A stretch of 62,184 nucleotides of DNA, filler included, from Nitrospinota bacterium (GTDB taxonomy: Bacteria > JAUXIQ01), in assembly GCA_030620925.1 (NCBI GenBank). It is 11 parts of 11 records of this genome, joined end to end, with 100 filler letters (N's around TTAATTAATTAA, not from the genome) between each part and the next. Parts side by side here need not be neighbours in the genome. Positions count along the whole stretch, not along the records: positions 1 to 5,417 come from JAUXIQ010000161.1; positions 5,518 to 8,209 come from JAUXIQ010000420.1; positions 8,310 to 18,399 come from JAUXIQ010000039.1; 8 more parts are not named here. One strand, given 5' to 3'. The translations under genes were made by a program, and so were the position numbers. Numbering within the stretch: the first letter of the stretch is position 1; each line of letters begins with the position of its first letter. Shown here piece after piece: positions 1 to 11,109 of the stretch. Under the pieces are notes generated by a model, which was not told the origin of the DNA, did not search any database, and worked only from the letters and a program-made list of their open reading frames with translations.

Positions 1-2
1 CC

Positions 3-320
3 TTCTATGCTATTGTCCATTTTTCCCAAGAGGAGATGCATCAGGCATTTCTAGAGATGCAGCGCGTCCTCCGTCCGGGTGGCCTTATTCTGCTCACTTT
101 CCACCTAGGCAAAGAGGCAGTCCACGTGGAAGAGTTTCTTGGGAAGCAGGTCTCCATGGAGTTCATGTTCTTTCAAGCAAATGAGGTCGTAGAAAACCTG
201 CGCAGAGCGGGGTTTGAGGGCATTGATATAACCGAGCGGGACCCATATCCAGAAGTCGAATACCAGAGTCGGCGTGCTTACGTGTTCGCAAGGAAGCAGC
301 TTGACAATGCCCAAAACTAA
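3..320 (+). CDS. Class I SAM-dependent methyltransferase (5'-truncated by window edge)
   Basis: Frame is open from position 3 (FYAIVHF...EMQRVLRPGGLILL), typical post-motif II/III segment. Confidence 0.8.
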   Translation, partial: FYAIVHFSQEEMHQAFLEMQRVLRPGGLILLTFHLGKEAVHVEEFLGKQVSMEFMFFQANEVVENLRRAGFEGIDITERDPYPEVEYQSRRAYVFARKQLDNAQN

Positions 321-599
321 TCTTTACCCTGGACCAGTTTCTAGGGAGACCTCAATGCCAACCAAGTCTGACTTTCAAAGTGGTGCAATAACTTGGGGCA
401 GGTCAATAGTAGAAAATGTTGAAAATAGTGAAAACCAAGAACATATAACGAAGAAGGTCAAATCACTCAAGGATTGATTTTTATTTGAGGGGAAATAGGC
501 GTATAGAGTGATTTAAGTAAGACCGTGATACAAAAAATATTTCTGTGTGATAACTAAATGTTAGGCTAGATATAAGCTGGACGACTGGAGGGTGCCCGC

Positions 600-992
600 A
601 TGTCACCGAAGAAGACGCGAACAGAGGCCGGCAGCTTGGATCAGATCATGGCCGAGGCTCGACGCGACCGAGAGCGTCGGGAGAAAACCTATCGGGAGCG
701 AGCGCTTAAAATGTTTCCGTGGATCTGTGCGCGGTGCGGGCGTGAATTCTCAGGAAAGAGAGTTCGAGAGCTGACGGTACATCACAAGGATCACAACCAC
801 GATAACAATCCGCCTGACGGCAACAACTGGGAGTTGCTGTGTATCTACTGTCACGACAACGAGCACTCACGGGATCAGGTAGCGGAATGGTATGAAGGTG
901 AGACGCCTGGCAGTGAGCAAGAGCCACCTTCTACCCACAAGCCCTTTGCGGGTCTGGAGGAATTGCTGAAGAACAAAAAAAAGAAGAAATGA
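600..992 (+). CDS. yajD: YajD-family HNH nuclease
   Basis: YRERALKMFPWICARCGREF...LTVHHKDHNHDNNPPDGNNWELLCIYCHDNEH; GGAGGG RBS upstream. Confidence 0.85.
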   Translation: MSPKKTRTEAGSLDQIMAEARRDRERREKTYRERALKMFPWICARCGREFSGKRVRELTVHHKDHNHDNNPPDGNNWELLCIYCHDNEHSRDQVAEWYEGETPGSEQEPPSTHKPFAGLEELLKNKKKKK

Positions 993-1418
993 ACTTTATC
1001 CATGCGGGTGGAAAATTGGTTGAATCTTAATCTGCCGTTATGTGTATAAAAAGTGAACACTGAAAAAGTCTGTTTACTATGATTATTCTTGTCTATATCG
1101 TTTTTTACTTTTTCTCTATTCTTTCATTAGAATATCAAAGCCGGCCTCTTGCATAAAAGAAAAAGGGAGGGGAATATATGCCTGGTCCAACCCCAGGATT
1201 TGTAAAAAATATGATTCGACGTTCCTTCCGCGAAATAGTTGACTCTAGCCCCACAAAAAGAGATAGAGCAAAAATTTGGGACTTTTCCGACAGTCTCAGC
1301 AGAAATAGTAACTATTTTAGGCTAAACCTCAACCACTAGATATAGGCATTTCGATTTCCGCGTGCTTGATCCTGCTACTTTGTAGCCGTGACCAATTCAA
1401 GCCTTCCTTTGAGGATAA

Positions 1419-1952
1419 TCATTCCGTCGCAATTTCGCGCCCTCCGATAAGCCCCACCCCTTCCATTTTCAGCATACGAGCCTTCAGCGGAAGGCCCATA
1501 TGCGCCGAGAAACCTCCCAGCGTGCCGTCTCCCTTTATCACCCTGTGGCAGGGGACCACGGGCGGGAAGGGATTAGAACCCATGGCCCTGCCCACGGCCC
1601 GCGATGCGCCCGGTCTGTCTACGGCCCGGCTCACCCATCCGTATGAACGGACCTCGCCGTAAGGGATGGTCATGGCCGCACGATAGACACTTCCGGAGAA
1701 GGGAGAACATACTCCAAAATCGAGCGGGAAGGTGAACTCCACCCTCTCTCCGGTGAAATATCGTTCAAGCTGATCCTGAACCGTCCGCTCCTTCAACGAA
1801 TCAGCGCCGGCGCCCGGCCACCTTGCCTCCAGTAACTCCAGGGCCAGCTCCTTACTTTCCACGGGCAGTATGATACCCACAACCCCGTTATCACCGGAGA
1901 CGTAGCCGCACCAGCCCAGCTCAGTCTTGAAAAGCCGAAAACCTCTGTCCAT
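1419..1952 (-). CDS. ogt: Methylated-DNA--protein-cysteine S-methyltransferase
   Basis: IPYGEVRSYG, RAVG, PCHRV active site; start placed at the ATG after a GGGAGG RBS. Confidence 0.9.
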   Translation of the reverse strand: MDRGFRLFKTELGWCGYVSGDNGVVGIILPVESKELALELLEARWPGAGADSLKERTVQDQLERYFTGERVEFTFPLDFGVCSPFSGSVYRAAMTIPYGEVRSYGWVSRAVDRPGASRAVGRAMGSNPFPPVVPCHRVIKGDGTLGGFSAHMGLPLKARMLKMEGVGLIGGREIATE

Positions 1953-2047
1953 ATACCCTCCCCCGTTGAACATCCTCTGTTCAAAGGTCAGCGCTAAACC
2001 CTTCCCCGCAGCGTTTCCCTGAATGCAGAACCCGGAGCTTAATTTTG

Positions 2048-2076
2048 TTGACTTGCCCCTCTGCCTGTTCTAAAAT
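2048..2076 (+). promoter_or_regulatory. Sigma70-like promoter upstream of the rpiB-glyA-nrdR cluster
   Basis: TTGACT-17 nt-TAAAAT. Confidence 0.45.
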
Positions 2077-2359
2077 CATCTGCGTAGGCATCCTGCAAAC
2101 TATTATAAAGACAGAGGCGACAATAGAGGAACAGAGTGGAGTTTAATGGCCAAAAACCGGACATGTCAAGTATTAAAACCTCCTGAAAAGGCCGACCTCC
2201 AAACACCAAAATCCCGCTCTTATAAAAAGCGAAAAACCTTGAATATCCTACCCTCCGGTGCGAAATTAATAACTAGCGGACCCGACAATAATAATTGTGA
2301 CATAATAGTAAAATAACCCCTGCGTGAAAACTCCTTGATTGCGTTTGAGGTAAAGGAAA

Positions 2360-2860
2360 GTGAAAAAGACCATCGCAATAGCCAGCGATCATGGCGGTTT
2401 CGAGCTGAAGGAAGATTTGAAACATTTCCTGAAACACGAAGGATTGGAATTTACAGACCTGGGGACACATTCAGATGACCCCGTGGACTACCCGGATTAC
2501 GGCATCAAAGTGGTCAAACAGATTTCGCTGGGAAATTTTCAGCGGGGCATCCTCATCTGCGGCACGGGCATAGGTATGTCCATGGTGGCCAACAAGTTCC
2601 CCAAGATAAGAGCCACCGAATGTCATGACGTATTCACCGCCAGGCTCAGCCGGGAGCATAACGACAGCAACGTGCTGGTCCTCGGGGGCCGGATACTGGG
2701 TAAGGAGCTGGCCAGAGAGATATCGCGCACATGGCTCAACACGAAATTCACCGGCGGCAGGCACACCGCACGGTTGGATAAGATAAGGGAAATAGAAGAA
2801 GCTCTCATAAAATACGATTACGAGGAGATATTGAAAAATGCTAAGACTCTCAGCAGTTGA
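2360..2860 (+). CDS. rpiB: Ribose-5-phosphate isomerase B
   Basis: [29 protein letters not shown] motifs. Confidence 0.95.
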   Translation: MKKTIAIASDHGGFELKEDLKHFLKHEGLEFTDLGTHSDDPVDYPDYGIKVVKQISLGNFQRGILICGTGIGMSMVANKFPKIRATECHDVFTARLSREHNDSNVLVLGGRILGKELAREISRTWLNTKFTGGRHTARLDKIREIEEALIKYDYEEILKNAKTLSS

Positions 2861-4097
2861 TGAAGAGATAGCGGAAATCATCAGGAAGGAAACGGAGAGG
2901 CAGGCCAACACGCTGGAGTTGATAGCCTCGGAAAACTTCGTCAGCGAGGCCGTCCTGGAGGCACAGGGCTGCATCATGACCAACAAGTACGCGGAAGGTC
3001 TGCCCGGTAAACGCTACTACGGAGGCTGCGAGTTCGTGGATGAGGCGGAAACGCTGGCCATCGAAAGGGCCAAGCAGCTCTTCGGGGCGGAGTTCGTGAA
3101 CGTCCAGGCCCACTCCGGCAGCCAGGCCAACATGGCCGCCTACGCCGCCGTCCTGGAGCCGGGGGAGACATTCCTGGGCATGAACCTGTCCCACGGAGGC
3201 CATCTCACTCACGGCAGTCCGGTGAACTTCTCCGGTAAGACTTACAATATAGTCGCTTACGGAGTGGATAAAGACACAGAGACCGTGGATTTCGACGAAG
3301 TTGTCCGCCAGGCGAGAGAACATAAGCCCAAAGTCATTCTGGTGGGTGCAAGCGCCTACCCCAGGGCCCTGGATTTCGCCCGGTTCAGAGAAATAGCCGA
3401 CGAGGTAGGGGCCTACGTCATATCTGACATAGCGCACATAGCTGGTTTGATAGCCGCCGACCTGCATCCCGACCCCGTGCCCTGCTGCCACTTAGTCACC
3501 ACCACCACGCATAAGACGCTGCGCGGCCCCAGGGGCGGCATGGTGATGGGTAAGGCCGAGTTCGAGAAGGCGGTCAATAAAAACGTCTTCCCCGGACTTC
3601 AGGGCGGACCCCTCATGCACGTCATAGCCGCCAAGGCGGTTGCCTTCAAAGAAGCACTGACTGATGAGTTCAACGAATATCAGAAGCAGATAATCGCCAA
3701 CGCCAAAGCCCTGGCCCAGAGGCTCATGGAAAACGGCCTCAAGCTGGTATCAGGAGGAACGGACACCCACCTCATGCTCATGGACCTGCGCAACACCGAG
3801 CTGGACGGCCGAACGGCCCAGGATGCACTGGAGGAGGCGGGCATAACCGTCAACAAGAACACCGTCCCCTTCGAGACCCGCAAACCCATGGTGACCAGCG
3901 GAATCAGGATCGGCACCCCGGCCCTCACCACCCGGGGAATGAAGGAGCCTGAAATGGAGCTCATCGGAGATTTGATAGCCCGGGTGCTGAAGGATGTGGA
4001 GGACGATAAGACCAAGAAGGAAGTGAGAGCCCGGGTGGCGGAACTCTGTGCCGGCTTCCCCCTCTACGCCGAACGACTGGAAACCAGCAGGATATAG
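2838..4097 (+). CDS. glyA: Serine hydroxymethyltransferase
   Basis: [34 protein letters not shown]. Confidence 0.97.
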   Translation: MLRLSAVDEEIAEIIRKETERQANTLELIASENFVSEAVLEAQGCIMTNKYAEGLPGKRYYGGCEFVDEAETLAIERAKQLFGAEFVNVQAHSGSQANMAAYAAVLEPGETFLGMNLSHGGHLTHGSPVNFSGKTYNIVAYGVDKDTETVDFDEVVRQAREHKPKVILVGASAYPRALDFARFREIADEVGAYVISDIAHIAGLIAADLHPDPVPCCHLVTTTTHKTLRGPRGGMVMGKAEFEKAVNKNVFPGLQGGPLMHVIAAKAVAFKEALTDEFNEYQKQIIANAKALAQRLMENGLKLVSGGTDTHLMLMDLRNTELDGRTAQDALEEAGITVNKNTVPFETRKPMVTSGIRIGTPALTTRGMKEPEMELIGDLIARVLKDVEDDKTKKEVRARVAELCAGFPLYAERLETSRI

Positions 4098-4114
4098 GAG
4101 GCAGAGGACGCCAG

Positions 4115-4579
4115 ATGAAATGCCCTTCTTGCGAAGACACGGACAGTAAGGTCATCGACTCCAGGCCGGGGAAAGACGGCAGGACCATCCGCCGGCGAAG
4201 GGAATGCCTGAGCTGCTCGCTCCGGTTCACCACTTACGAACGCATAGACGAGTTCCTCCCCCAGGTCATCAAAAAAGACGGCCGCAGGGAGCCTTACGAC
4301 CAGGAAAAACTCCTTCGGGGAATAGACAGGGCGTGCGAGAAACGGCCCGTATCCATAGCCCAGCGGGAGGAGCTGGCCAACAAAATACTGAGGGACATGC
4401 AGGAAAACGGCGAGCGCGAGGTCCCCAGCAAGGCCGTCGGCGAAAAAGTGATGCTGGAGCTGCACAAACTGGACAAGGTCGCTTACGTTCGATTCGCTTC
4501 CGTCTACAGACAGTTCGAGGACGTTACCGACTTTATGGACGAGATAAAAGGCCTGATCGAAGAACGTAAGGAAAACTGA
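4115..4579 (+). CDS. nrdR: Transcriptional repressor NrdR
   Basis: CPSC...VIDSR...IRRRRECLSC zinc ribbon, ATP cone, VAYVRFASVY. Confidence 0.97.
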   Translation: MKCPSCEDTDSKVIDSRPGKDGRTIRRRRECLSCSLRFTTYERIDEFLPQVIKKDGRREPYDQEKLLRGIDRACEKRPVSIAQREELANKILRDMQENGEREVPSKAVGEKVMLELHKLDKVAYVRFASVYRQFEDVTDFMDEIKGLIEERKEN

Positions 4580-4657
4580 ACATCCAGCTCGACAGGCAAC
4601 GCGGCAACAAGACGGCGAACCGAAAAGGCTCGCCTTTATTTTAACAGGGATAAAGGG

Positions 4658-5323
4658 ATGCAGCCGTTATATCCCATCTTCTTGAACGTGGAAGGCAAGC
4701 CCTGCCTGGTGGTCGGCGGGGGGGAAGTGGCGGGCAGAAAGGTGGCCCTGCTTATGGATTCCGGCGCACTTGTGACCGTGGTCAGCCCCGAGACGACCGG
4801 AGAAATTCGAACACTGGTTGACGAGGGCAAAGTTAAACATATAAAAGAAAACTTCCAGGAAGAACATCTGGAGGGCTTCTCCCTGGTAATAGGGTCCACA
4901 GACGACCCCCGGGTGAATAACCGGGTATCCGAAGGGGCGCGCAAGAGGGGCGTCTGGGTGAACATAGTGGATTCACCGGCGGAGAGCGACTTTTTCGTAC
5001 CCTCGCTGGTGAGGCGGGGAGACCTCACCATCGCCATCTCTACCGGCGGAAGCAGCCCCGCCGCGGCCAAGAAGGTGAGGAAAGAGCTGGAGGCGCAACT
5101 GGGGCAAGAATACGCGCTGCTGCTCGATTTCCTGGGCAAACTGAGGGTGGATGCTTTCGCCTCCATCGAAAAGGAAAAGGAGCGGGCCTCCCTCTACACG
5201 CAACTGGTCGATTCGGATATCCTGTCCCTGCTCGAAAAGGGAGACACCGGGAAGGCGCGGGAAGAGGCGGAAAAAATTCTCAAAAGTTACGGCCTGCCCT
5301 ATAAAGAAGAAGACCTGGGCTGA
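4658..5323 (+). CDS. Precorrin-2 dehydrogenase/sirohydrochlorin ferrochelatase (SirC/CysG-N)
   Basis: YPIFL, VVGGGEVAGRK, VNIVD, IAISTGGSSP. Confidence 0.9.
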   Translation: MQPLYPIFLNVEGKPCLVVGGGEVAGRKVALLMDSGALVTVVSPETTGEIRTLVDEGKVKHIKENFQEEHLEGFSLVIGSTDDPRVNNRVSEGARKRGVWVNIVDSPAESDFFVPSLVRRGDLTIAISTGGSSPAAAKKVRKELEAQLGQEYALLLDFLGKLRVDAFASIEKEKERASLYTQLVDSDILSLLEKGDTGKAREEAEKILKSYGLPYKEEDLG

Positions 5324-5417
5324 ACCCCGCCCAGCGCGGGATCGCGCCCTCCCGAACCGGAGCGAAAATTTTCATTTACGCGGTGAATTTATGATAGCTG
5401 ACTTTTTCATCATTGCC

Positions 5418-5517
5418 NNNNNNNNNNNNNNNNNNNNNNNNNNNNNNNNNNNNNNNNNNNNTTAATTAATTAANNNNNNNNNNNNNNNNNNNNNNNNNNN
5501 NNNNNNNNNNNNNNNNN
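5418..5517. other. Artificial contig spacer; identical spacers at 8210-8309, 18400-18499, 23402-23501, 34059-34158, 37497-37596, 41633-41732, 45411-45510, 51750-51849, 58987-59086
   Basis: 44 N + TTAATTAATTAA (stop codons in all six frames) + 44 N. Confidence 0.98.
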
Positions 5518-5927
5518 CCGTATTCATGGACATTATGGATGAGTATCTCGTACACCTCGTCCATTATGGAGTAGACGTCCTCTGGCCCCAGCTTCTCTGA
5601 GAGCGAGGTGTAACCTTCCATGTCGCAAAAAACGACCGTTACCTGTTTCCGCTCGCCCTCTATCTTGCCCCTCTGTGCCAGTATCTTCTCGGTGAGACCA
5701 CCGGGGAGGTAGCGCTGGACCTTATCCAGCTTCTCTTCAAATGACAGCTCTCTGGGAGGTGGTTGTTCGACTTGCGTGGTTAGAGATGTGGCACATTCAT
5801 CGCAGAATTTTGCGCCTGGTCGATTCTCAATTCCACAAGACGGGCAGCTTAATAATAAAGAGGCCGCGCATTCGTTACAGAACTTGGCGTCTTCACGATT
5901 ATCAAACTGACATTTTGGGCATTTCAT
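5518..5927 (-). CDS. Double zinc-ribbon + class III adenylate/guanylate cyclase (3'-truncated)
   Basis: CPKC/FCNEC/CPSC/FCDEC then GERKQVTVVFCDMEGYT. Confidence 0.85.
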
Positions 5928-6167
5928 CTATGATGGCCCTCCAGAACTGGTGTCGAAACTCTTTATCCTGTCCGGGGTGGGATAGCTGATGAATGCAACG
6001 ACTACCATAGCAAAATTTCGTTATGATGTTAATGGAATAATTGATCTGTTAGTGGCGGGTCATCTGTTTGAATCACTATATGCAGAAGCTTCGTGCGAGC
6101 GTAATTTTCAGGAGCATACTAACGTTGAAAACAGGCTGATAATCGAGGGCAGGTCACCGCAGTCTCG

Positions 6168-8209
6168 CTACTGTTCTCTCTTCTTTTGTATGGCGGCGAC
6201 TATTTTGTCCGGCGTGATGGGCAGCTCAGTTATCCTCACTCCTACAGCGTCATGGATGGCGTTGGCAACGGCCGCCATGGTTGGAACGCTGGCCTGTTCC
6301 CCGACCCCTTTGGCTCCGTAAGGACCGGTTGTGCCCGGCTCCTCTATCAGGATGACATTTACCGGTGGTGTCTCCGCGGCCAGGGGTATGTGGTACTCCA
6401 GGAACGACCCGTTTAGCACGATCCCGTCTTTGAGGACCAACTCCTCGCTCAAGGCGAAGCCCAGCCCCTGTGAGATCGCCCCTTCGATCTGCCCCTCCAG
6501 GCAGGCGGGGTTTATGGCTTTGCCCACGTCGTGAGCGGCGGTATAGTTTACCACCTTCACTTTCCCTGTCTCTTCGTCAACCTCCACTTCGATCGTGTGG
6601 CAGGAAAAAGTGGGGCAGGGGAGCGAGGGGTCGTGGTAGCCGCTGGCGCACGCTTCATCGTAGGGTGGGTCGCCCTCCCGGAAAGACCCCCGGCCTATTA
6701 TGGGCCCGTCGCCGCTGTTCTGGGCATAGGAAGCGGCTTTGGCGATGGGCACTCTTTTACTCGGAGAACCTTTTACGTGGATCACCCCTTCTACAGCAAC
6801 CAGGTCCTCCCGGTTCGCTTCCAGCATATCCGCCGCTGCTGATAAGAGCTGCTTTTTTACGTCTTCGGCGGCGATTTTCACGGCCCTTCCGGTTATATAG
6901 GTCACGCGGCTGGCCCCCGAGCCGGAATCGTAGGGGGTGAGCTCGGTATCCCCCGCTATCACGGTGGCATTTTCGAAGGGGATGCCCGTTTCCTGGGCGG
7001 CTATCTGCAGGAGGATGGTGCGGGAGCCGGTACCGATGTCAGTGGCGCCGGTGAACAGCACCATGCTGCCATCGTGATTGACGGTTATGACCGCGCTGCC
7101 CGGCAATCCCCTCATGGGGTATTGACCGCAGGCCATCCCCATCCCTCGTTTTTTCCCGTATCCGGATTTCCCGACCGCTTCCGTGATGCACTTTTTAAGG
7201 GATACCCCTTCCAGTTTTTGCCCGATGGCTGACAGGTCTCCCTCCTCCAGAGCGTTCTTGAGCCTGAACTCAAGAGGCGGGATGGAAAGCTCCCTGGCCA
7301 TCAGGTCCACGTGAGATTCCATGGCGAAAGTCATCTGGGGGACGCCTATACCCCGCATGGAGCCGGATGCCAGGCGGTTGGTATATATCAATCGGCTGTC
7401 GACCCTGACGTTGGGTATACGATATGGCCCCGTGGCCAGGGTCGTGGGTTTCCCCACTACAAAGGGACCACTCTCGGCGTAGGCTCCGGTGTCGAAGGTA
7501 ACGTCCGCCTTATGGGCTATGAGGGTGCCGTCTTTTTTAACTCCCGTCTTGAACTTGAAGTGTATGGCGTGTCGGGGAGAGGTAGTGGTGAACTCTTCGT
7601 CCCTGTCCAGCTCCATTTTCACCGGTTTTGAACATCGCCGTGCAAAGAGTATGCAAATGGGCTCCAGGATCAAAGAGTTCTTTCCCCCGAATCCGCCGCC
7701 CACGGCTCCCGCGATTACCCGGATTTTCACCAGAGGAACTTTCAGGAGGGAAGACAGTTGTGCCCGGACCCTGAAAGGGGCCTGAGTGGTCGTCCAGAGG
7801 GTTATCTTCCCGGAGCTGCCCACCTGGGCTATGGAGCAGTGGGGTTCGAGGTAGGCCTGGAATATAACCGGCGTCTTGAACTCGTTTTCGATGATGAGGT
7901 CCGACTCCTTGAAGCCCCGCTCGAGGTCCCCTTTATGTACCTGCATCCTGGCGCACATATTACCCTGTTGGGTGTAGGGGTATAGCGCTTCGTAGCTCTC
8001 AAGCTCTTCATGGATTATGGGGGCGTCAGGCGCCATGGCGGAAATGGAATCGAAGACGGCGGGAAGCTCCTCATACTCTACTTCTATAAGACTCAGCGCC
8101 TCTTCCGCCGTATCCGAATCCGCCGCGCAAACCGCAGCCACAGGGTCGCCCACGTAGCGCACCTTATCGGTAGCCAATACTTGTTTGTCCCGGATGGCCT
8201 GACCGTATC
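6168..8209 (-). CDS. Xanthine dehydrogenase-family molybdopterin-binding subunit (5'-truncated)
   Basis: VRYVGDPVAAV, EPH, GGGFGGK, MRGIG, GQIEG, GAKGVGE. Confidence 0.92.
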
Positions 8210-8309
8210 NNNNNNNNNNNNNNNNNNNNNNNNNNNNNNNNNNNNNNNNNNNNTTAATTAATTAANNNNNNNNNNNNNNNNNNNNNNNNNNNNNNNNNNN
8301 NNNNNNNNN

Positions 8310-8379
8310 TCCCGGCCAGGGAGAGTATTAGCGTAGTCTTCCCCGAGCCGAGAAACCCCGCAATCACCAGAAGTTTCAA
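8310..8379 (-). CDS. N-terminal fragment of a CobW/HypB/UreG-type P-loop GTPase (not in ORF track)
   Basis: TTG start; MKLLVIAGFLGSGKTTLILSLAG; runs into contig end. Confidence 0.75.
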
Positions 8380-8643
8380 TGGGAATCCCCCTTACTTACC
8401 GCTAAACGTCTTGAGCAACGCCAGTATATAACAATAATAGATTGCAGGTTGCAAGATAAAACCGGCAAAAGGGGAGCTGCGGCCGATTCGTAGAGGTGTT
8501 ACATAATCCTTTTTCCATTGACAACCCTATGCGTTTTAAGTATCGTAATCTCGCTGTTTTGGTCTATTCTCTTTATCGAAAAGCATAATAAATCGATTAT
8601 TGCGAAATTTAACTGATAAATCTTTTAGAGGAGAAGGGGTGTC

Positions 8644-9045
8644 ATGAACGGCAAGAAAAAGATAAAAGTGCTCTTAGCCAAACCCGGCCTGGACGGACAC
8701 GATAGAGGCGCCAAAGTCCTTTCGCTGGCCCTCCGTGATTCGGGGATGGAAGTCATATATACCGGTCTGAGGCAGACACCGGAGGACATCGTAAATGCAG
8801 CCCTCCAGGAAGACGTGGACGTAGTGGGGTTGAGCTGCCTCTCCGGAGCGCATAACCACCTTTTTCCCAGGGTAGCCGAATTGATGAAGGAGCGGGGAGT
8901 GAGCGACGTGCTGCTCATAGGTGGAGGCATCATTCCCAAGAGCGACGTGTCGGAATTGAAGAAAAACGGAATGGATGAAATATTCGGGCCCGGCACACCC
9001 ATTAAGACAATTGTGGATTTCGTGGAATCAAACAGAAAAAGGTAA
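8644..9045 (+). CDS. Stand-alone cobalamin-binding subunit (methylmalonyl/isobutyryl-CoA mutase small subunit type)
   Basis: [12 protein letters not shown] (DxHxxG), [20 protein letters not shown]. Confidence 0.92.
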   Translation: MNGKKKIKVLLAKPGLDGHDRGAKVLSLALRDSGMEVIYTGLRQTPEDIVNAALQEDVDVVGLSCLSGAHNHLFPRVAELMKERGVSDVLLIGGGIIPKSDVSELKKNGMDEIFGPGTPIKTIVDFVESNRKR

Positions 9046-9078
9046 ACCGATAAATCTTATTTATGCGGTACACCCCCG

Positions 9079-9108
9079 GGGAGCGATGAAAATGCGCTCC
9101 CTTTTTTT
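9079..9108 (+). terminator. Rho-independent terminator
   Basis: GGGAGCG-loop-CGCTCCC followed by T7. Confidence 0.75.
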
Positions 9109-9393
9109 ATTCCATGCCGAAAAACCTCCGCTCGCGGAAAAAACGCACGGACCACCAGCTCTTAATAGACAACACCGTTATATAAACATCCGATTTTAAA
9201 ACATTCAACGTGATATTAATATCTATTCTTCATAAACCCTTATAATGATTAGAATTATTACATTTATCCACACCATATATATTAAAAATCGTTTTGAATT
9301 TATTGTTTTTAGTTTGACAAATGGGCGTGTAAAATGCTATATTTTACTCTAAGCCGATATGGTTACTGGGAGGAACAATAAAGGTGAGGTGAA

Positions 9394-10791
9394 ATGTCCG
9401 GGATCAGGGGAAAACCTGAAGGTCTTCCAGATACGGCTTTTGCGAGCCCCATGGGACCGCTCCGGACAGGCAGCCGCATCGCCATAGTAGGCGCCGGCCC
9501 TGCGGGCAGCTTCTTTGCGCTGCACGCCCTTGATATCGCAGGGAAACAGGGCAGAAGTATAGACATATCTCTCATTGACGGAAAGTCCTTCAGGGATTCA
9601 GGCCCCGGGGGATGCAACATGTGCGCGGGGATCATCGGCGACGGGCTGGTGAAAAAGCTGCGCAAAATAGACATACCCCTCACCTCCCAGGTTATCCGAC
9701 AGGAAATCACAGGATACGTAATTCACGCTCGAGGCTCCGAGGCCAGACTGCGCAGAGACCCCGACGCGGAAATATACACCGTTTTCCGGGGCGGAGGCCC
9801 CCCATCCCTAACCGCCCTCAAGGAAAATATCAGCTTCGATCAGTTTCTGCTCGACTTCGTAAAAGAGCGGGGAGCGGAATACTTACCGCATAACGTCACC
9901 AAAATTAACGAGCCCAAGAAGGACGACGCACCCGCCAGCCTCATATTGGACAACGGCGTTGTAATAGAAGCCGATCTGATAGTGGGAGCCTTCGGCGTGA
10001 ACAGCCCCCTGATGGGAAAAATACCTTTCAGATACTTCCCCCCCTCCACGTGGCATACCTGCCAGGCGGAGGTAAGATGGTCAAGTAAAAGTGTGAAGGA
10101 GACCTTTAAGGGAATGGTGCACATCTTCCCCATAAACGCAGGCGGAGTGGAGTTCATCGCTGCCACCCCCAAAAAAGAGCACGTCACGCTTACCGCCATA
10201 GGCACACACGTAAAGTGGCGCGACCTGGTCGAGGCGGCCAACGCCTCGGATGTAAAGGACTTCCTCCCCACGGACTGGAAGATGAACTGCCACTGCCACC
10301 CCCAGGTCCCTGTGGGCCCCGCCCGTTTCCCCTATTCAGACCGTATGGTCATCATCGGAGACGCCGGATACTCCCGCTACCTGAAGAACGGCATAGAGTC
10401 CGCCTATTACACAAGCCTCTTCGCCGCCCAGACGGCTTTACATCACGGCGTGGGAAGGGTCCACTTCGAGAAACACTACGACCGGTGGTGCCGGGATATG
10501 TTCGGGATGGACAACGTCTTCGGCAGGCTGATGTTCTTCATCCACAACAAGATCACCGCCAACAGGTACCTGGCCGACGCCGAGCAGGACAGGCTCCTCT
10601 ACGAACAGGAAGACTCACGTAACGGGACTAAGAAGCTATCCAGTATAATCTGGCACCTGTTTGCAGGAGAGCTTCCTTACCGGAAGATAATGCTCAAGTC
10701 GCTGGACGCCGACCTGCAGCTCAAGATGCTGGGCCACCTGGCCAGGACACTGGCCAAAGACAAGAAAAACATCGCACCCGCCCGGGGATAA
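9394..10791 (+). CDS. FAD-dependent oxidoreductase, geranylgeranyl-reductase-like, with extra Cys motifs
   Basis: IVGAGPAGS, CNMCAG, CHCHP, IIGDAG. Confidence 0.75.
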   Translation: MSGIRGKPEGLPDTAFASPMGPLRTGSRIAIVGAGPAGSFFALHALDIAGKQGRSIDISLIDGKSFRDSGPGGCNMCAGIIGDGLVKKLRKIDIPLTSQVIRQEITGYVIHARGSEARLRRDPDAEIYTVFRGGGPPSLTALKENISFDQFLLDFVKERGAEYLPHNVTKINEPKKDDAPASLILDNGVVIEADLIVGAFGVNSPLMGKIPFRYFPPSTWHTCQAEVRWSSKSVKETFKGMVHIFPINAGGVEFIAATPKKEHVTLTAIGTHVKWRDLVEAANASDVKDFLPTDWKMNCHCHPQVPVGPARFPYSDRMVIIGDAGYSRYLKNGIESAYYTSLFAAQTALHHGVGRVHFEKHYDRWCRDMFGMDNVFGRLMFFIHNKITANRYLADAEQDRLLYEQEDSRNGTKKLSSIIWHLFAGELPYRKIMLKSLDADLQLKMLGHLARTLAKDKKNIAPARG

Positions 10792-11109
10792 TGGAGCAAG
10801 CGCCCGGCGGCACAAATCAATCTAAGCGTGCCGGGTTAACCACTCAAGATTCAACCCCTGTAGCGTCTTCCTATACTTACCTTACACGATTTTTCCCTAA
10901 TCGAAAAACACCCTTGTCCCAACCGCCTTGTTGAAGCGCCGACTCTGATTTCAAAAAGTATATAAAAAAGGGTTCAGACCGTTCCCGACATTTTTCCTCC
11001 TAAAGCTGAGGGGATGTGTGTGCCGAACTAGATAAAGAGCGTATAACAGCGATGAAATCCTTACGTAAGCTATTAAACAAATATCAGAGCGGGCTTAACG
11101 GAGGAAGTC

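Noticed and set aside
1332-1347. NrdR-box-like sequence ACCACTAGATATAGGC
   Set aside because: Single copy, lying between convergent 3' ends with no ribonucleotide reductase gene downstream.
2080-2350. Riboswitch (ZTP/THF) or 56-aa leader ORF upstream of rpiB-glyA
   Set aside because: No recognisable aptamer consensus; the ORF has no identifiable features.
2850-3491. Long antisense or alternate-frame ORFs (also 42480-43577, 31752-32618, 44300-45106, 25389-25994)
   Set aside because: Shadows of well-supported genes, expected from GC-rich codon bias; no recognisable motifs.
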